Assembly (NCBI GenBank): GCA_963805085.1
Contig: CAWDTA010000002.1
Location: forward strand, 576,001 to 640,000
DNA from: an uncultured Veillonellaceae bacterium
Lineage (GTDB): Bacteria; Bacillota; Negativicutes; JARBTT01
Length of the DNA: 64,000 nt
Direction: 5' to 3'
A program made the translations under genes and the position numbers. The notes beneath the pieces are model-generated. The model had not been told where the DNA came from, did not search any database, and saw only the letters and a program-made list of their open reading frames with translations. The number at the start of each line of letters is the position of its first letter. Position 1 is the stretch's first letter. Shown here piece after piece: positions 1-10,869 of the stretch.

Positions 1-2255
1 GCAAAATCCTTCAAAATAAAGAATTCATCATTGTTGTATAACAATTCATCATATAGCGGTCTAAATTCCTCGCGATCTTCAGGAAAGAAACCATTCACAA
101 GTTGTTCTAAAATGACTTTTATGCGAATATCACTATTATAGACATCCCATGAAGAATAGGTACCATTTGCATAATGTGCCAAAACTTCTTCTGCTTTCAA
201 TCCAAAAATAACACAATGGTCATCACCAACGGCATTCCTGATTTCTACATTCGCGCCATCTAAGGTTCCAAGCGTAATCGCACCATTCATCATAAATTTC
301 ATATTGCCAGTACCAGATGCTTCTTTACTCGCCGTTGAAATTTGCTCACTGACGTTTGCTGCCGGGAATAAAATTTCCCCAAGCGATACGCTATAGTTTT
401 CTAAAAAGACAACCTTCAATTTATCATTGATTGTTTTATCATTATTTACCAATTCAGCAACCGTATTGATCAGTTTTATCGTCAATTTTGCGACACGGTA
501 TCCCGGCGCTGCTTTTCCGGCAAAAATAAAGGTACGCGGTACCATCTCTAATTTAGGATTGGCTTTCAAGCGATTATATAGATTCATCACATGCAAGATA
601 TTCATAATTTGTCGTTTGTAAGAATGAATACGTTTGATTTGAACATCAAAAATAGACTCTGGATTCACAATAATATTATTTTTTTCTTTAATATATTTCG
701 TCAGGAATTCTTTACGTCCCATTTTAATCTTATCAAGTTCTTCTTTAAAGCTCTTATCCTTTGCGAAATTCAATAAATCAATAAGGTTTGATGGACTTTT
801 ACGCCATTTGGGTGAAATAGATTGATCAATTAATTCTGCAAGCTCTGGATTTGCTTTGATCAACCACCGCCTGTGCGTAATTCCATTGGTCTTATTATTA
901 AATTTGCCTGGATAATATTTATGGAAAGGTTCCATCGTATGACTTTTTAAAATATTGGAATGAATTTCAGCCACCCCATTGACACTATGACTACCAACAA
1001 CGGCAAGCCTTGCCATATGTACTTGACCATCTTGCAAAATTGCTAATTCCCTCACTTTATGATCATCATGATAACGTTCCCATACCGCTGTAGTTAAACG
1101 GCGATTAATTTCTTCTATAATCATATAGATCCGTGGAAGATGTTCTTTAAACATATCAATTGGCCACTTTTCAAGCGCTTCTGGCATAATGGTATGATTT
1201 GTATAGGCGATCGTATTGACTGTTATTTGCCAAGCTTGATCCCATTCCATCCCTTCTTCATCCATCAATACCCGCATAAGTTCAGGCACCGCAACTGCTG
1301 GATGTGTATCATTGATATGAATTGCTGTTTTATGAGCAAAATCCTCTAACCTCGCCTTTGTTTTTTTATGATGACGAACGATACTCTGGACCCCAGCTGA
1401 TACGAAGAAATATTCTTGCGTCAAACGAAGCAATCTTCCTTCAAAAGTGCTATCCTCGGGATAAAGAATTTTAGTAATTCTTTGTACTGCATGTTTATAA
1501 CGCATTTTTTCTTTATAATCCTCATAACTTATTGCTGCCGCATCGACATCACGCATAAACTCTGCATTCCATAAACGAAGTGTATTCACAGTATTATTTT
1601 TATAGCCTACTATCGGCACATCATATGGTACTGCACTTACACTGGAATAGTCTTCGTGAACACATTGTAATTTTTCGCCTACTTTTTTCATGTAAGCATT
1701 GCCGCCAAATTTAACTTCCACCGCTTTATCGGCTTTTCTAAACTCCCACACAAAACCATCTTTCAGCCAATTGTCCGGCAATTCTACTTGGTGATTATCG
1801 ATGATCTTTTGTTGAAATAAGCCATATTTATAACGAATCCCACAACCATGCCCTGGCAATCCAAGTGCTGCAATCGAATCAATAAAGCAGGCTGCCAAGC
1901 GCCCGAGTCCGCCATTACCAAGACCTGCATCTGGCTCTTCTTTTAACACCGCGTCCATATCAATTCCTAATTCGGCCATGGCTTCAGTACAAAACTCCTT
2001 AATATCAGAATTAATTAAATTACAATCTAATAATTTTCCGAGTAAGAATTCAATAGAAAAATAATAGACTTGTTTTACTTGCCGATCCTCATAGACTTTA
2101 TTGGTTTTAATCCAATTTTCACTAATATACTCACGAACAATCCCTGCAAAGGATTGGTAAACTTCATTTTTAGACAAATCCGCTAAATCTTTCCCCCACA
2201 TTGCATGAACTTTATGAATAAACCTAGCTTTAAATTTTTCTTTATTCGTAAACAA
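1..2255 (-). CDS. glgP: Glycogen/maltodextrin phosphorylase (3' end runs off the window; absent from the ORF track)
   Basis: Manual translation: TTG start at 2255 after a GGGAGG RBS (MFTNKEKFKARF...). PLP-site motif EQISTASKEASGTGNMKFMMNGAITLGTLDGANVE near 245-350. Lies downstream of glgCD. Confidence 0.95.
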   Translation of the reverse strand, partial: MFTNKEKFKARFIHKVHAMWGKDLADLSKNEVYQSFAGIVREYISENWIKTNKVYEDRQVKQVYYFSIEFLLGKLLDCNLINSDIKEFCTEAMAELGIDMDAVLKEEPDAGLGNGGLGRLAACFIDSIAALGLPGHGCGIRYKYGLFQQKIIDNHQVELPDNWLKDGFVWEFRKADKAVEVKFGGNAYMKKVGEKLQCVHEDYSSVSAVPYDVPIVGYKNNTVNTLRLWNAEFMRDVDAAAISYEDYKEKMRYKHAVQRITKILYPEDSTFEGRLLRLTQEYFFVSAGVQSIVRHHKKTKARLEDFAHKTAIHINDTHPAVAVPELMRVLMDEEGMEWDQAWQITVNTIAYTNHTIMPEALEKWPIDMFKEHLPRIYMIIEEINRRLTTAVWERYHDDHKVRELAILQDGQVHMARLAVVGSHSVNGVAEIHSNILKSHTMEPFHKYYPGKFNNKTNGITHRRWLIKANPELAELIDQSISPKWRKSPSNLIDLLNFAKDKSFKEELDKIKMGRKEFLTKYIKEKNNIIVNPESIFDVQIKRIHSYKRQIMNILHVMNLYNRLKANPKLEMVPRTFIFAGKAAPGYRVAKLTIKLINTVAELVNNDKTINDKLKVVFLENYSVSLGEILFPAANVSEQISTASKEASGTGNMKFMMNGAITLGTLDGANVEIRNAVGDDHCVIFGLKAEEVLAHYANGTYSSWDVYNSDIRIKVILEQLVNGFFPEDREEFRPLYDELLYNNDEFFILKDF

Positions 2256-2376
2256 CTGAAAATCCCTCCCAAGATTATCCATTATTAACTTTATACTATA
2301 GCTTTATCAGCTAGTATTTTTATTCCAGAATATAATAATCCTCTGTTACATTCCCTGTAATATGAAGGATGTTTCT

Positions 2377-2419
2377 ATAATACCAGCCGTCTCAAAAAAC
2401 TTGAGACGGCTGGTATTAT
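2377..2419. terminator. Intrinsic terminator hairpin after glgD
   Basis: Perfect 19-bp inverted repeat ATAATACCAGCCGTCTCAA / TTGAGACGGCTGGTATTAT. Confidence 0.75.
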
Positions 2420-2424
2420 TTTGA

Positions 2425-3531
2425 TTAGATAACGACACCTTTTTCAACAATGAGTGGATAATTAGATGCCCCTTTTAGCCATTTTCCTTTCGTTATCACG
2501 ACATCTTTATCACAAATCACATTTTCGATTAAAACATCGTCTTCTAGCTTACATTTTTGCAAGATGATGCTGTTCTTTATATGAACACCTTTTCCCACTC
2601 TTACCCCTCTAAATAAAATACTATTTTCTACTGTACCCTCAACGATACAACCATTCGCTACCATTGAATTTGATACAGAAGCACTCTTTTTATATTTGGC
2701 GGGCGCCTCATCTTTGACTTTCGTATAGATGAGACCACCATCCAAAAACAGCTCTTGCCATTTTTTTGGATCCAATAATTCCATGCTCGCTTTATAATAA
2801 CTCATCGTTGAATTGATTCTTGCAACATAGCCTTCATGCTGATACCCATAAATATTATATTTACCGTTATTCTTCATAATACCATCAATTAAAAAATCGG
2901 TGCCGCCTCTGGCATGGGCTCCCTTGATAAGATCAATAAATAAATTTTTACTCATTAAAAAAATACCCATAGAAACTTTTGCCTTTGGCGTAATGGTTGA
3001 AGCAATGGCAATATCAGTCACCAAACCATTATCAGCTGTCTGTAGAATAGCTCCGCCAGTCAAATCTTCTTTATCTTTGATGTTATAAACCATCGTAATA
3101 TCCGCTCCAGTATTTTGGTGAAAACGGAGTACTTCCTCATAATGCATATTATAAATGACACTACTTCCGGCGATTAATACCATTTGTTGAGCGCTATGTT
3201 CAAGGTAGTCTAAATGATAATGAAAACTTTGTATGTCACCATCTCTCACATCATTTACACTTTCCGCTGGCGGCAAATAACACAGCCCATCCTGCTTACG
3301 CGCTAAATCCCAATCTTTTCCAGAACGTAGGTGATCCATAATCGAGCGAGATCTTTTTGGTAATAGCACCCCCACGTTTTGAATGTTAGAATTCACCATA
3401 CTAGATAACGCAAAATCAATTAATCTATATCTGCCTGCAAACGGGATCGATGAGAGCGTACGATTGCTAGCTATTTCTTTTATTGCATTCTCATTTTCTT
3501 GAAGATTTATAATTCCCATTACTGTTTTCAA
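2425..3531 (-). CDS. glgD: Glucose-1-phosphate adenylyltransferase subunit GlgD
   Basis: PFAGRYRLIDF and HLRSGKDWDL motifs; lacks the GGxGxRL motif; C-terminal hexapeptide repeats; follows glgC. Confidence 0.93.
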   Translation of the reverse strand: MKTVMGIINLQENENAIKEIASNRTLSSIPFAGRYRLIDFALSSMVNSNIQNVGVLLPKRSRSIMDHLRSGKDWDLARKQDGLCYLPPAESVNDVRDGDIQSFHYHLDYLEHSAQQMVLIAGSSVIYNMHYEEVLRFHQNTGADITMVYNIKDKEDLTGGAILQTADNGLVTDIAIASTITPKAKVSMGIFLMSKNLFIDLIKGAHARGGTDFLIDGIMKNNGKYNIYGYQHEGYVARINSTMSYYKASMELLDPKKWQELFLDGGLIYTKVKDEAPAKYKKSASVSNSMVANGCIVEGTVENSILFRGVRVGKGVHIKNSIILQKCKLEDDVLIENVICDKDVVITKGKWLKGASNYPLIVEKGVVI

Positions 3532-3569
3532 TATAAATAACCCTCCTGATAGAAGTATGACAATATTTT

Positions 3570-4730
3570 TTAACCAACTTGTTTTCCTGTTGCTGCCTCT
3601 GCTACAACCATTTCGCCCTCAGGGACCACAATAATAGAACCGTTGTCCAAACCAACTTTTGCCCCAGCACAAATTTCACAATTTTGACCAACTACCGCTT
3701 TTTCAATGTAAGCATTTTTACCAATTGTTGTAAATGGCATGACCACAGAATTGACTACTTTTGCCCCCTTTTCAATCCTTACTCCAGAAAAAATCACGGA
3801 ATTTTCCACTTCACCAAAAACAATAGCACCTTCACTAATCAGTGAACTACTCACTTTTGCATCTTTCGCAATGAAATGTGGTGGCATAGCTGGGTTAACA
3901 GCAAACACTCGCCAGTCTGGATCATGTAAATCAAGTTCTGGTTTATCTTTTAGCAAGTCCATATTTGCTTCCCATAAGCTATCAATAGTACCCACATCTT
4001 TCCAGTAACCATCAAAGGAGTAAGCAAACATTTTGGCATCGGCATTTAACATCTTCGGAATAATATTTTTGCCAAAATCACGGCTGGATAAGCTGTCTTT
4101 CGCATCCTCTTCTAGATAAGATTTCAAGAAGCTCCAGTTAAATACATAAATACCCATAGAAGCTAAATTGCTGATCGGCTTTGCTGGTTTTTCTTGGAAT
4201 TCGGTGATCCGCCCATTTTTTGCTGTATTCATAATTCCAAAGCGTGGCGCTTCTTCCCATGGAACCTCAATAACGCCAATAGTAGCTTCAGCCTTTTGCA
4301 TTTTATGGTACTCAATCATCCAAGAGTAATCCATCGTGTAAATATGGTCACCAGAAAGAATCAGCACATACTCTGGTTCAACCATTTCAATAAAGTTAAT
4401 GTTTTGATAAATTGCATCCGCAGTTCCTTTATACCACTCAGCACCTTTTTCACGCGCATACGGTGGTAAAATAAAAACCCCACCATCTTTCCGGTCTAAA
4501 TCCCACGCTCCACCGTTACCAATATAGTTATGCAAAGCTAATGGTTGATACTGCGTTAAGATTCCCACAGTATTAATCCCAGAATTACGACAATTACTCA
4601 AAGGAAAATCAATAATACGATACTTTCCCCCAAACGGGACTGCTGGTTTTGCATTTTTTTTTGTAAGTGCACCCAATCTACTACCTTGTCCGCCTGCTAG
4701 TATCATTGCTAAACATTCTGTTCTTCTCAT
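3570..4730 (-). CDS. glgC: Glucose-1-phosphate adenylyltransferase GlgC
   Basis: [32 protein letters not shown] and YWKDVGT motifs. Confidence 0.97.
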   Translation of the reverse strand: MRRTECLAMILAGGQGSRLGALTKKNAKPAVPFGGKYRIIDFPLSNCRNSGINTVGILTQYQPLALHNYIGNGGAWDLDRKDGGVFILPPYAREKGAEWYKGTADAIYQNINFIEMVEPEYVLILSGDHIYTMDYSWMIEYHKMQKAEATIGVIEVPWEEAPRFGIMNTAKNGRITEFQEKPAKPISNLASMGIYVFNWSFLKSYLEEDAKDSLSSRDFGKNIIPKMLNADAKMFAYSFDGYWKDVGTIDSLWEANMDLLKDKPELDLHDPDWRVFAVNPAMPPHFIAKDAKVSSSLISEGAIVFGEVENSVIFSGVRIEKGAKVVNSVVMPFTTIGKNAYIEKAVVGQNCEICAGAKVGLDNGSIIVVPEGEMVVAEAATGKQVG

Positions 4731-5080
4731 ACAAATTCCCCCCGGCTATTGTTTTTATACCAACTGCATTTTATAAAAAATACTGCCGCAATCGTTAATC
4801 TAAACAGGTATTGTCAATTACAAGCAATACTGCAGCGCGTAATGTTACGACAAATCCACATAATCAAATGTATATGTTTACCTTTCAAAAAATATAACTA
4901 AAACTAAGGAATTTTTTTTATGATTTTTATTATGTACTATTTTTTCATTATGAACTAATATTATGAGCTTTTTCGACTCGACTAAGTAGTCGGAAAATTC
5001 TAACACAGAATTTTCGAAATATTCTTAATTTTATCCGACTTTTTTCTACGAAAACCACTATAGAATAAAACAAGGCTAGC

Positions 5081-6130
5081 CTAAGCCGCCTTGTTTTTTA
5101 TTTGCCATCTTTTCAATGCATCCATATATTTATTTGTTAATTCTTCCATGCTTACACCATCTGCAGCGGCATCTTCCGGTGTAATGGTAATAATGGCCTG
5201 GTTATCATAATAAATTGTAATGTTCGTTCCATCGCTATCTAAAATATATTTACTACTAGAGTAATCTGACACTTTCGTAATATTGTATAAACTCCCAGCA
5301 GTTAGATAAGCACGATATAATGGACCTGTTTTTTCTTGTGCTACCTTTATTTCCGGAAGTGACCAGTCGCCATCGACAACTTTTGCAGCCTTATCAGTTT
5401 CAACCTCAACAACAGTAGGTCTGATATTATTATTAGCTAAATACTTCTTCGCCAGCTTTATTCTTTCCATAGCCTCGGGATGGTCAGAGAACAAATCATT
5501 TTTTTGCGAAGGATTTAGTTCGTATAGCTTTGTTAACCCCATCAACATACCATATTGGTTATACCCTGCTTTCACGGATAATTCATAACCCAATTGATCC
5601 GCTTCACGTTCATCACTTCTGCTATACCCGGCTGAAATAGCATTCAGTGCGACTGCCTGTAATTCAAACCCTTTGCCTCCAAGTGTCGCCCCCATTAGGA
5701 CTGCCATTCCTAAACTTTTTTCAAGTTGCCCCATCGAATGACGTTTTACGACATGCCCCACTTCATGACCGATAATTCCGGCTAATTCATCGTCCGTCGG
5801 CATTAAATCAATCAACCCTTTGTAAACATAAACAAAACCACCCGGTGCTGCCATTGCATTGACTTCATCAACATCAAGCACCTTAAAGCTATAGGGTAAG
5901 CCCTGTCTATCACAAACACCAACAATATTCATGCCAATTTTATTAATACGTTCTTGCAAAACAGGATCATCAACCAATTTGTATCGTTCTTCTATCTGTT
6001 TTGCGATTCCTTCACCCATTGAAATTTCCTGTTTTGTACTAATAATCCCAGCATGTGCAATTGGTAAGATGAAACAATTTATCAAAAATAGGTAAATTAT
6101 AATACCTGCTATTCGACTTATTTGTAACAA
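5081..6130 (-). CDS. Exported M48-family zinc metallopeptidase
   Basis: N-terminal signal-like segment; NAMAAPGG, HEVGH (HExxH), EREAD and SDHP motifs. Confidence 0.85.
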   Translation of the reverse strand: MLQISRIAGIIIYLFLINCFILPIAHAGIISTKQEISMGEGIAKQIEERYKLVDDPVLQERINKIGMNIVGVCDRQGLPYSFKVLDVDEVNAMAAPGGFVYVYKGLIDLMPTDDELAGIIGHEVGHVVKRHSMGQLEKSLGMAVLMGATLGGKGFELQAVALNAISAGYSRSDEREADQLGYELSVKAGYNQYGMLMGLTKLYELNPSQKNDLFSDHPEAMERIKLAKKYLANNNIRPTVVEVETDKAAKVVDGDWSLPEIKVAQEKTGPLYRAYLTAGSLYNITKVSDYSSSKYILDSDGTNITIYYDNQAIITITPEDAAADGVSMEELTNKYMDALKRWQIKNKAA

Positions 6131-6274
6131 TTGTGTTTCACCCTTCCTCTACTGATTATATTCCTCATAAAAACTTTTTTCCCTGCTAAAAAAACATAAG
6201 TTTTTACTTTCATTTATTTTTTTTTAAAAATAACTAAATTTTACGAAATATTACACTTTGTGCACCGTTTTCGT

Positions 6275-6892
6275 TTATCTTTGCACTAATGCTAAGCCAC
6301 GCGCAAATTTACTTTTATTGGACAATTTCAGTGGAAATTCTTTCATTAGTTTCTCACCAAATTCTATCAAGCTCTGTTCTTTTCCCTCTTTTAGCTCTAA
6401 CTCAACTTCCAAAATTGGAATATTATTGCTATTCCCCGTAATTACACCTTTATCCATCGCAACCTCAATTTTATTATCGCCAATTGTCATAATAACGACT
6501 TCACGCACAAAATCAGTTTGTACAATTGGGATAAGTTCCTTGGTGCTAAGTTCCCTTAGTATGTTTTGGTCGACTGTTGTTTTTGTGAAAACTTGAGGAT
6601 TTGCTTCGCCATTCTCTACCTTAATGTTCCATTCCGCACGCTTATGCATGCCATTGACAACGCAGCCGCCCCCTTTGATCGTTGCAACCCATTGGTCATT
6701 TTCCTTACGTACACGATAAGCTAAACGCGCTTTATGAAGAAGACCATCTATCGTATCAAAGTAATTGGCTGCGAGCAGTATTTTCTCATAGCCACTAGCC
6801 TCTGGCAGCATTTTTATCTTATTTACAAGTCCCGCCCAAGCTGTCTCATCTAAAACTTGTAACTTCAATTCTACTTCGCTATTTTCTTGCAT
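6275..6892 (-). CDS. CYTH-domain (triphosphate tunnel metalloenzyme) protein
   Basis: N-terminal ExExK (EVELK); YFDT, EVELELK and SKFARG motifs. Confidence 0.88.
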   Translation of the reverse strand: MQENSEVELKLQVLDETAWAGLVNKIKMLPEASGYEKILLAANYFDTIDGLLHKARLAYRVRKENDQWVATIKGGGCVVNGMHKRAEWNIKVENGEANPQVFTKTTVDQNILRELSTKELIPIVQTDFVREVVIMTIGDNKIEVAMDKGVITGNSNNIPILEVELELKEGKEQSLIEFGEKLMKEFPLKLSNKSKFARGLALVQR

Positions 6893-7133
6893 AATAATCC
6901 CCCATTAAATTCTATATGCTGTCGTTTTACAACACTTATTTCGAATGAAATCTGCGATTGATAGAATCATTATAAATCTCTAGCTCTAAATATTTTAGCT
7001 AAAAATTTTTAATATCCTGCAATCTATATTTACTAATTTTATTATTTCTTTAAGTTTAAGGGACAACTATTACCTTTTATCTCTTTTTTGGATTTTGTGT
7101 ACAATATATTTATCATACAATAAAAAATTTTTA

Positions 7134-7206
7134 TTGCATTATTTATTTTGTCGATTTATAATAATGCTCATTAAAGGAATATTTCTTTTAATACTCCTTT
7201 AATGAG
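7134..7206 (+). promoter_or_regulatory. Sigma70-type promoter followed by a 17-bp inverted-repeat operator
   Basis: TTGCAT(7134)-N17-TATAAT(7157). Arms CTCATTAAAGGAATATT (7167-7183) and AATACTCCTTTAATGAG (7190-7206) are 16/17 complementary. Confidence 0.6.
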
Positions 7207-7249
7207 TTTAATTCGTGTATATAGCAAAAAACGTAAAGGAGATTTTTTT

Positions 7250-7303
7250 ATGGTTTTAACTGGTGCTTTAATTGCACTGCTTATTATGTTTAGTGCACGT
7301 TAA
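7250..7303 (+). CDS. 17-aa hydrophobic small ORF (MVLTGALIALLIMFSAR), possibly a remnant of a deleted transporter
   Basis: AAAGGAG RBS upstream of the ATG; lies between the promoter and the amidohydrolase gene. Confidence 0.4.
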   Translation: MVLTGALIALLIMFSAR

Positions 7304-7341
7304 CATTTTAAATAAATCATTTACATAAAGGGGTCTTAATC

Positions 7342-8646
7342 ATGAATTTAGATATAAAAATTGCTGCACTTGCAAAAATACTTGAAGAAAAAACAACTAT
7401 CCGCCGTCGCGATTTTCATCGTCACCCTGAAACTGGCTGGACGGAGTTTAGAACTGCTTCTATTGTAATTGAAACTTTAATAGAACTTGGCTATGATGTG
7501 AAATTTGGCAATGACGTAATTGATGAAGCAAATATGATGGGAGTACCGAGTACAGAGATTCTTGAAGAAAACATGGCTCGCGCAATTACTCAAGGCGCAA
7601 GTCCTGATTTAGTTGCAAAAATGGCTGGTGGTAAGACTGGCGTTATCGGTACAATGGAATTCGCAAAACCAGGTCCAACCGTTGCACTTCGCTTTGATAT
7701 GGATTGTAATGATGTATTCGAAGCAACCGATGAAAAACATCGTCCAGCCAAAGAAGGGTTTGCTTCGATAAATCCCGGTTGTATGCACGCTTGTGGACAC
7801 GATGGCCATACTTCCGCCGGACTTGCAATTGCCGAAATTTTATCAATATTAAAAAACGAACTTGCAGGTACAATTAAATTTATTTTTCAACCTGCCGAAG
7901 AAGGTGTTCGCGGAGCAAAAGCCATGCTGGCAAAAGGTGCCGTTGATGATGTTGATTTTTTTCTTGCTGCACATCTCATGATGCCAAAAGTAGGTTACTT
8001 AGCTTATGATGTACAAGGCTTTCTTGCAACCAGTAAATTTGATGCAACATTTATTGGTGTACCCGCCCATGCTGGTGCAGCACCAGAGGTTGGTAGAAAT
8101 TCACTTCTAGCTGCTGCAACTGCCGCGATTAATTTGCAGGCAATCCCTCGTCATAGTGATGGTATTTCCCGCGTAAATGTCGGTGTACTAAACGCGGGCA
8201 CTGGTCGAAACGTCATTCCTGCCAATGCCGTCATCAAAGTAGAAACACGTGGAGCAACGAGCAAAATCAACGAATACATCTATGAATGTGCCGAAAAAAT
8301 CATTAAGGGCTCTGCGGCTATGTACGACAATAAGGTTACTATCAGGCAAATGGGTGGTGCCGCCAGCGGAAGCAACTCGCCAAAGCTTACCGAGACAATT
8401 GGCAATATTGCTGAGCGCATCGGGATTTTCAATCAATATGAAGCCTTGAATAATATCGGTGGTAGTGAAGATAGTTCTTACTTCATGGAAGAAGTCCAGA
8501 GAAATGACGGACAGGCCGCCTATATGGTTATTGGCGCTTCATTAACCGCAGTCAATCACAATCTCTACTTTGATTTTGATGAACATGCCTTAACTCTAGA
8601 ATCGCAGTTGATTGCAACGGTTACCAGCGATTTATTAACGAAATAA
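7342..8646 (+). CDS. M20D-family amidohydrolase (AbgA-like)
   Basis: RRDFHRHPE, RFDMD, MHACGHDGH, FQPAEEG and GGSED motifs. Confidence 0.9.
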   Translation: MNLDIKIAALAKILEEKTTIRRRDFHRHPETGWTEFRTASIVIETLIELGYDVKFGNDVIDEANMMGVPSTEILEENMARAITQGASPDLVAKMAGGKTGVIGTMEFAKPGPTVALRFDMDCNDVFEATDEKHRPAKEGFASINPGCMHACGHDGHTSAGLAIAEILSILKNELAGTIKFIFQPAEEGVRGAKAMLAKGAVDDVDFFLAAHLMMPKVGYLAYDVQGFLATSKFDATFIGVPAHAGAAPEVGRNSLLAAATAAINLQAIPRHSDGISRVNVGVLNAGTGRNVIPANAVIKVETRGATSKINEYIYECAEKIIKGSAAMYDNKVTIRQMGGAASGSNSPKLTETIGNIAERIGIFNQYEALNNIGGSEDSSYFMEEVQRNDGQAAYMVIGASLTAVNHNLYFDFDEHALTLESQLIATVTSDLLTK

Positions 8647-8734
8647 TTTTGATAATAAAGCTTATGTTAATACAAGTAATTTTTCTAACTACATTCAAAG
8701 TGATGCAATGTAAATAAAATGATTTTACTATAAA

Positions 8735-8780
8735 ATAAGCAAATAGTTGCTAAACCTAATTAGCAACTGTTTGTTTATTT
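8735..8780. terminator. Bidirectional terminator between convergent genes
   Basis: Inverted repeat AGCAAATAGTTGCTAA / TTAGCAACTGTTTGTT with A/T tails. Confidence 0.65.
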
Positions 8781-10085
8781 TAATTGATATTTTTTGGTTG
8801 GTCTGCCACGACTTGCAAATGCTTCTTCACCGATACAATCGACTAAACCTACCTCTAATAAACCTTTCATTATTCGCCTGACATTACGATCGGTGACTTC
8901 AAGCTGACCAGCAAGCGACGCGGACGTGAAATTTTCCCAATTCATTTTTCTAACAATCGCAACAATTTTTTGATATGTTTTAATTCCTACATTTGCGTCT
9001 GCTAATTGTTGTAGTAAATCTTTATCCTCGGTAGAGGCACTGTATCTCAATTCTTTTTCTTGCCCGACAGCTTCAATAATCCGCCCATCATCATCAATTA
9101 TCACGACACCTTTATTGCCGATGCTTTTTCCCTGATTGACGGCGCGGTACGCATTTAATTGCGCTGTGAACACGGTTGTCCCAAAGCCAATTCCCGCAAC
9201 AATATCTGTATCCAAGGCTACGCTAATCTCATCAATCGTATCTTGCAAAACAGAGACATGCTGCTCAAGTAAACCACGCGAACTAAAAATTTCATAGCGT
9301 CCATTGCCCTTTTCCGATAAATAGCCATTAATGCTTTGACTTAATTTAAGCAAGCGCTCTTTAATCCTGAGTTCTAACATTTGCAATTTATAAGAATCGC
9401 CAGCTTTTTCAATCGCTTTTTCAAAGTTACTTATTTCAATAATTTCTAAGCCAACTTGACTATTCTTAAAATACAAGCCATTTAGTTTTTCCATTAGTAC
9501 ATTTATCGCTTGACGGATCGAGGTGGTACTTGCCATCAAACGCCGCACCGGCAAATGGTACTTTTCCAAGGCCATATGCACGGCATGCAATGTAGTAACG
9601 ACCCCATCAATCTCACCTGACTGCCAACGGTGTACATGTTCTTGGACAATGGTTTCTAAATCAAATGGAATATCATATTCATAAAAATCGACCATTTTTT
9701 TTGCTACATTTAATTCTTCAACCGATTCCTTATTAGTAAAAATATCAGATTTTGGACAATCCATGGAAATTCGAATCGCTGTAGATTCTTTTTCACAGGC
9801 CATTTCCAAGATAACCTTAAATATTTCATTTCCAGTTATCCCACAAAAAACTGCATTCTCGCCTTTTCCCAAATACGTTTTTGCCACAGTATAGGGATTC
9901 GAGCCAGAAAAAATCCAGCCAGCTACTTTGTTTCTATTTTTTATTAAAATTTCGGGAATTTCGGCAATATCCTCATAAGGAAAAGCAATCCACTCGACTG
10001 TCTCCACCCCTGGCATCGCCTTAGCCACGTTGATAATCCGTTCAATCGGTCCTATGTATGAACTAATGACTCCAATTTTTTGCAC
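8775..10085 (-). CDS. Putative transcriptional regulator (N-terminal sensor, C-terminal winged HTH)
   Basis: C-terminal HTH-like LAGQLEVTDRNVRRIM...GRPTKKY; central GIGFG motif; adjacent to the amidohydrolase. Confidence 0.7.
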   Translation of the reverse strand: MQKIGVISSYIGPIERIINVAKAMPGVETVEWIAFPYEDIAEIPEILIKNRNKVAGWIFSGSNPYTVAKTYLGKGENAVFCGITGNEIFKVILEMACEKESTAIRISMDCPKSDIFTNKESVEELNVAKKMVDFYEYDIPFDLETIVQEHVHRWQSGEIDGVVTTLHAVHMALEKYHLPVRRLMASTTSIRQAINVLMEKLNGLYFKNSQVGLEIIEISNFEKAIEKAGDSYKLQMLELRIKERLLKLSQSINGYLSEKGNGRYEIFSSRGLLEQHVSVLQDTIDEISVALDTDIVAGIGFGTTVFTAQLNAYRAVNQGKSIGNKGVVIIDDDGRIIEAVGQEKELRYSASTEDKDLLQQLADANVGIKTYQKIVAIVRKMNWENFTSASLAGQLEVTDRNVRRIMKGLLEVGLVDCIGEEAFASRGRPTKKYQLK

Positions 10086-10137
10086 AACAATACTCCTTAA
10101 ACCCTAGGTGCTTTGACAAAAACAGAACTTCACCTAT

Positions 10138-10656
10138 CTATTTCTCCGCAAAGTACTCGCGATCTAATATTCCTAATATAACTAAAGATTCGTACTCGCC
10201 CGTTTTACTGAGAATGGTTTCTCTAATTAGGCCTTCTCTAACAAAGCCTTCCGATTCATAAAGATGAAGGGCCCTAGCATTGTGCTCTTTACAATCCAGC
10301 CAGCCTCGATGGAATTTCAAATCATCAAAGGCCCAAGATTTCAACATTTTCAAAGCTTCTCTACCATACCCTTGTCCCTTGACATCCATAATAATACGCG
10401 TAAATTCGATTTCTTTAAATGGATTATCTAAACCTGCAATCATCAAAAAGCCAATCTTTTCTTTTCCATCTATTGTTTCTACGATTAAATGAATGGCATT
10501 CTTGGTATTTAGTGTTTCTCTATGCTGCTCAATTGGATATGGAATGACAAACTGCGCATTTTCCTGTGTAAATTCCACCTTCATAATATAGTTTAAATCT
10601 GCTTCCGTCGCCTGCCGAAATCTAAGCCTACCAAACTTTTTAACGATATCACTCAT
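10138..10656 (-). CDS. GNAT (RimJ/RimL-like) N-acetyltransferase
   Basis: KGQGYGR acetyl-CoA motif; NARALHLYESEGF..EG motif. Confidence 0.88.
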   Translation of the reverse strand: MSDIVKKFGRLRFRQATEADLNYIMKVEFTQENAQFVIPYPIEQHRETLNTKNAIHLIVETIDGKEKIGFLMIAGLDNPFKEIEFTRIIMDVKGQGYGREALKMLKSWAFDDLKFHRGWLDCKEHNARALHLYESEGFVREGLIRETILSKTGEYESLVILGILDREYFAEK

Positions 10657-10869
10657 GTTACTACCTCTTCTCTAAAGGATTTAGGGACACTTCTTTTCAG
10701 CCTAACACTCCTTTATGTTCTCTATGTTTAGTCTATTTTGACTAAAAATATAAAAATCCTGCTATATTCCCCCCCATATTTTTCTTCTTTTTCTATAATT
10801 TTTTTCGCTCAGCAAATCTATTTTGTAGTATAATCATTAAGTGTAAAATATCGTTATGGAGGATATACT

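Noticed and set aside
427-1349. Short + strand ORFs
   Set aside because: They are antisense to glgP, which the track missed because it runs off the window.
4960-5045. CGACT/AGTCG repeats and a CodY-like site upstream of glgC
   Set aside because: The matches are short and degenerate in AT-rich DNA and cannot be told apart from chance.
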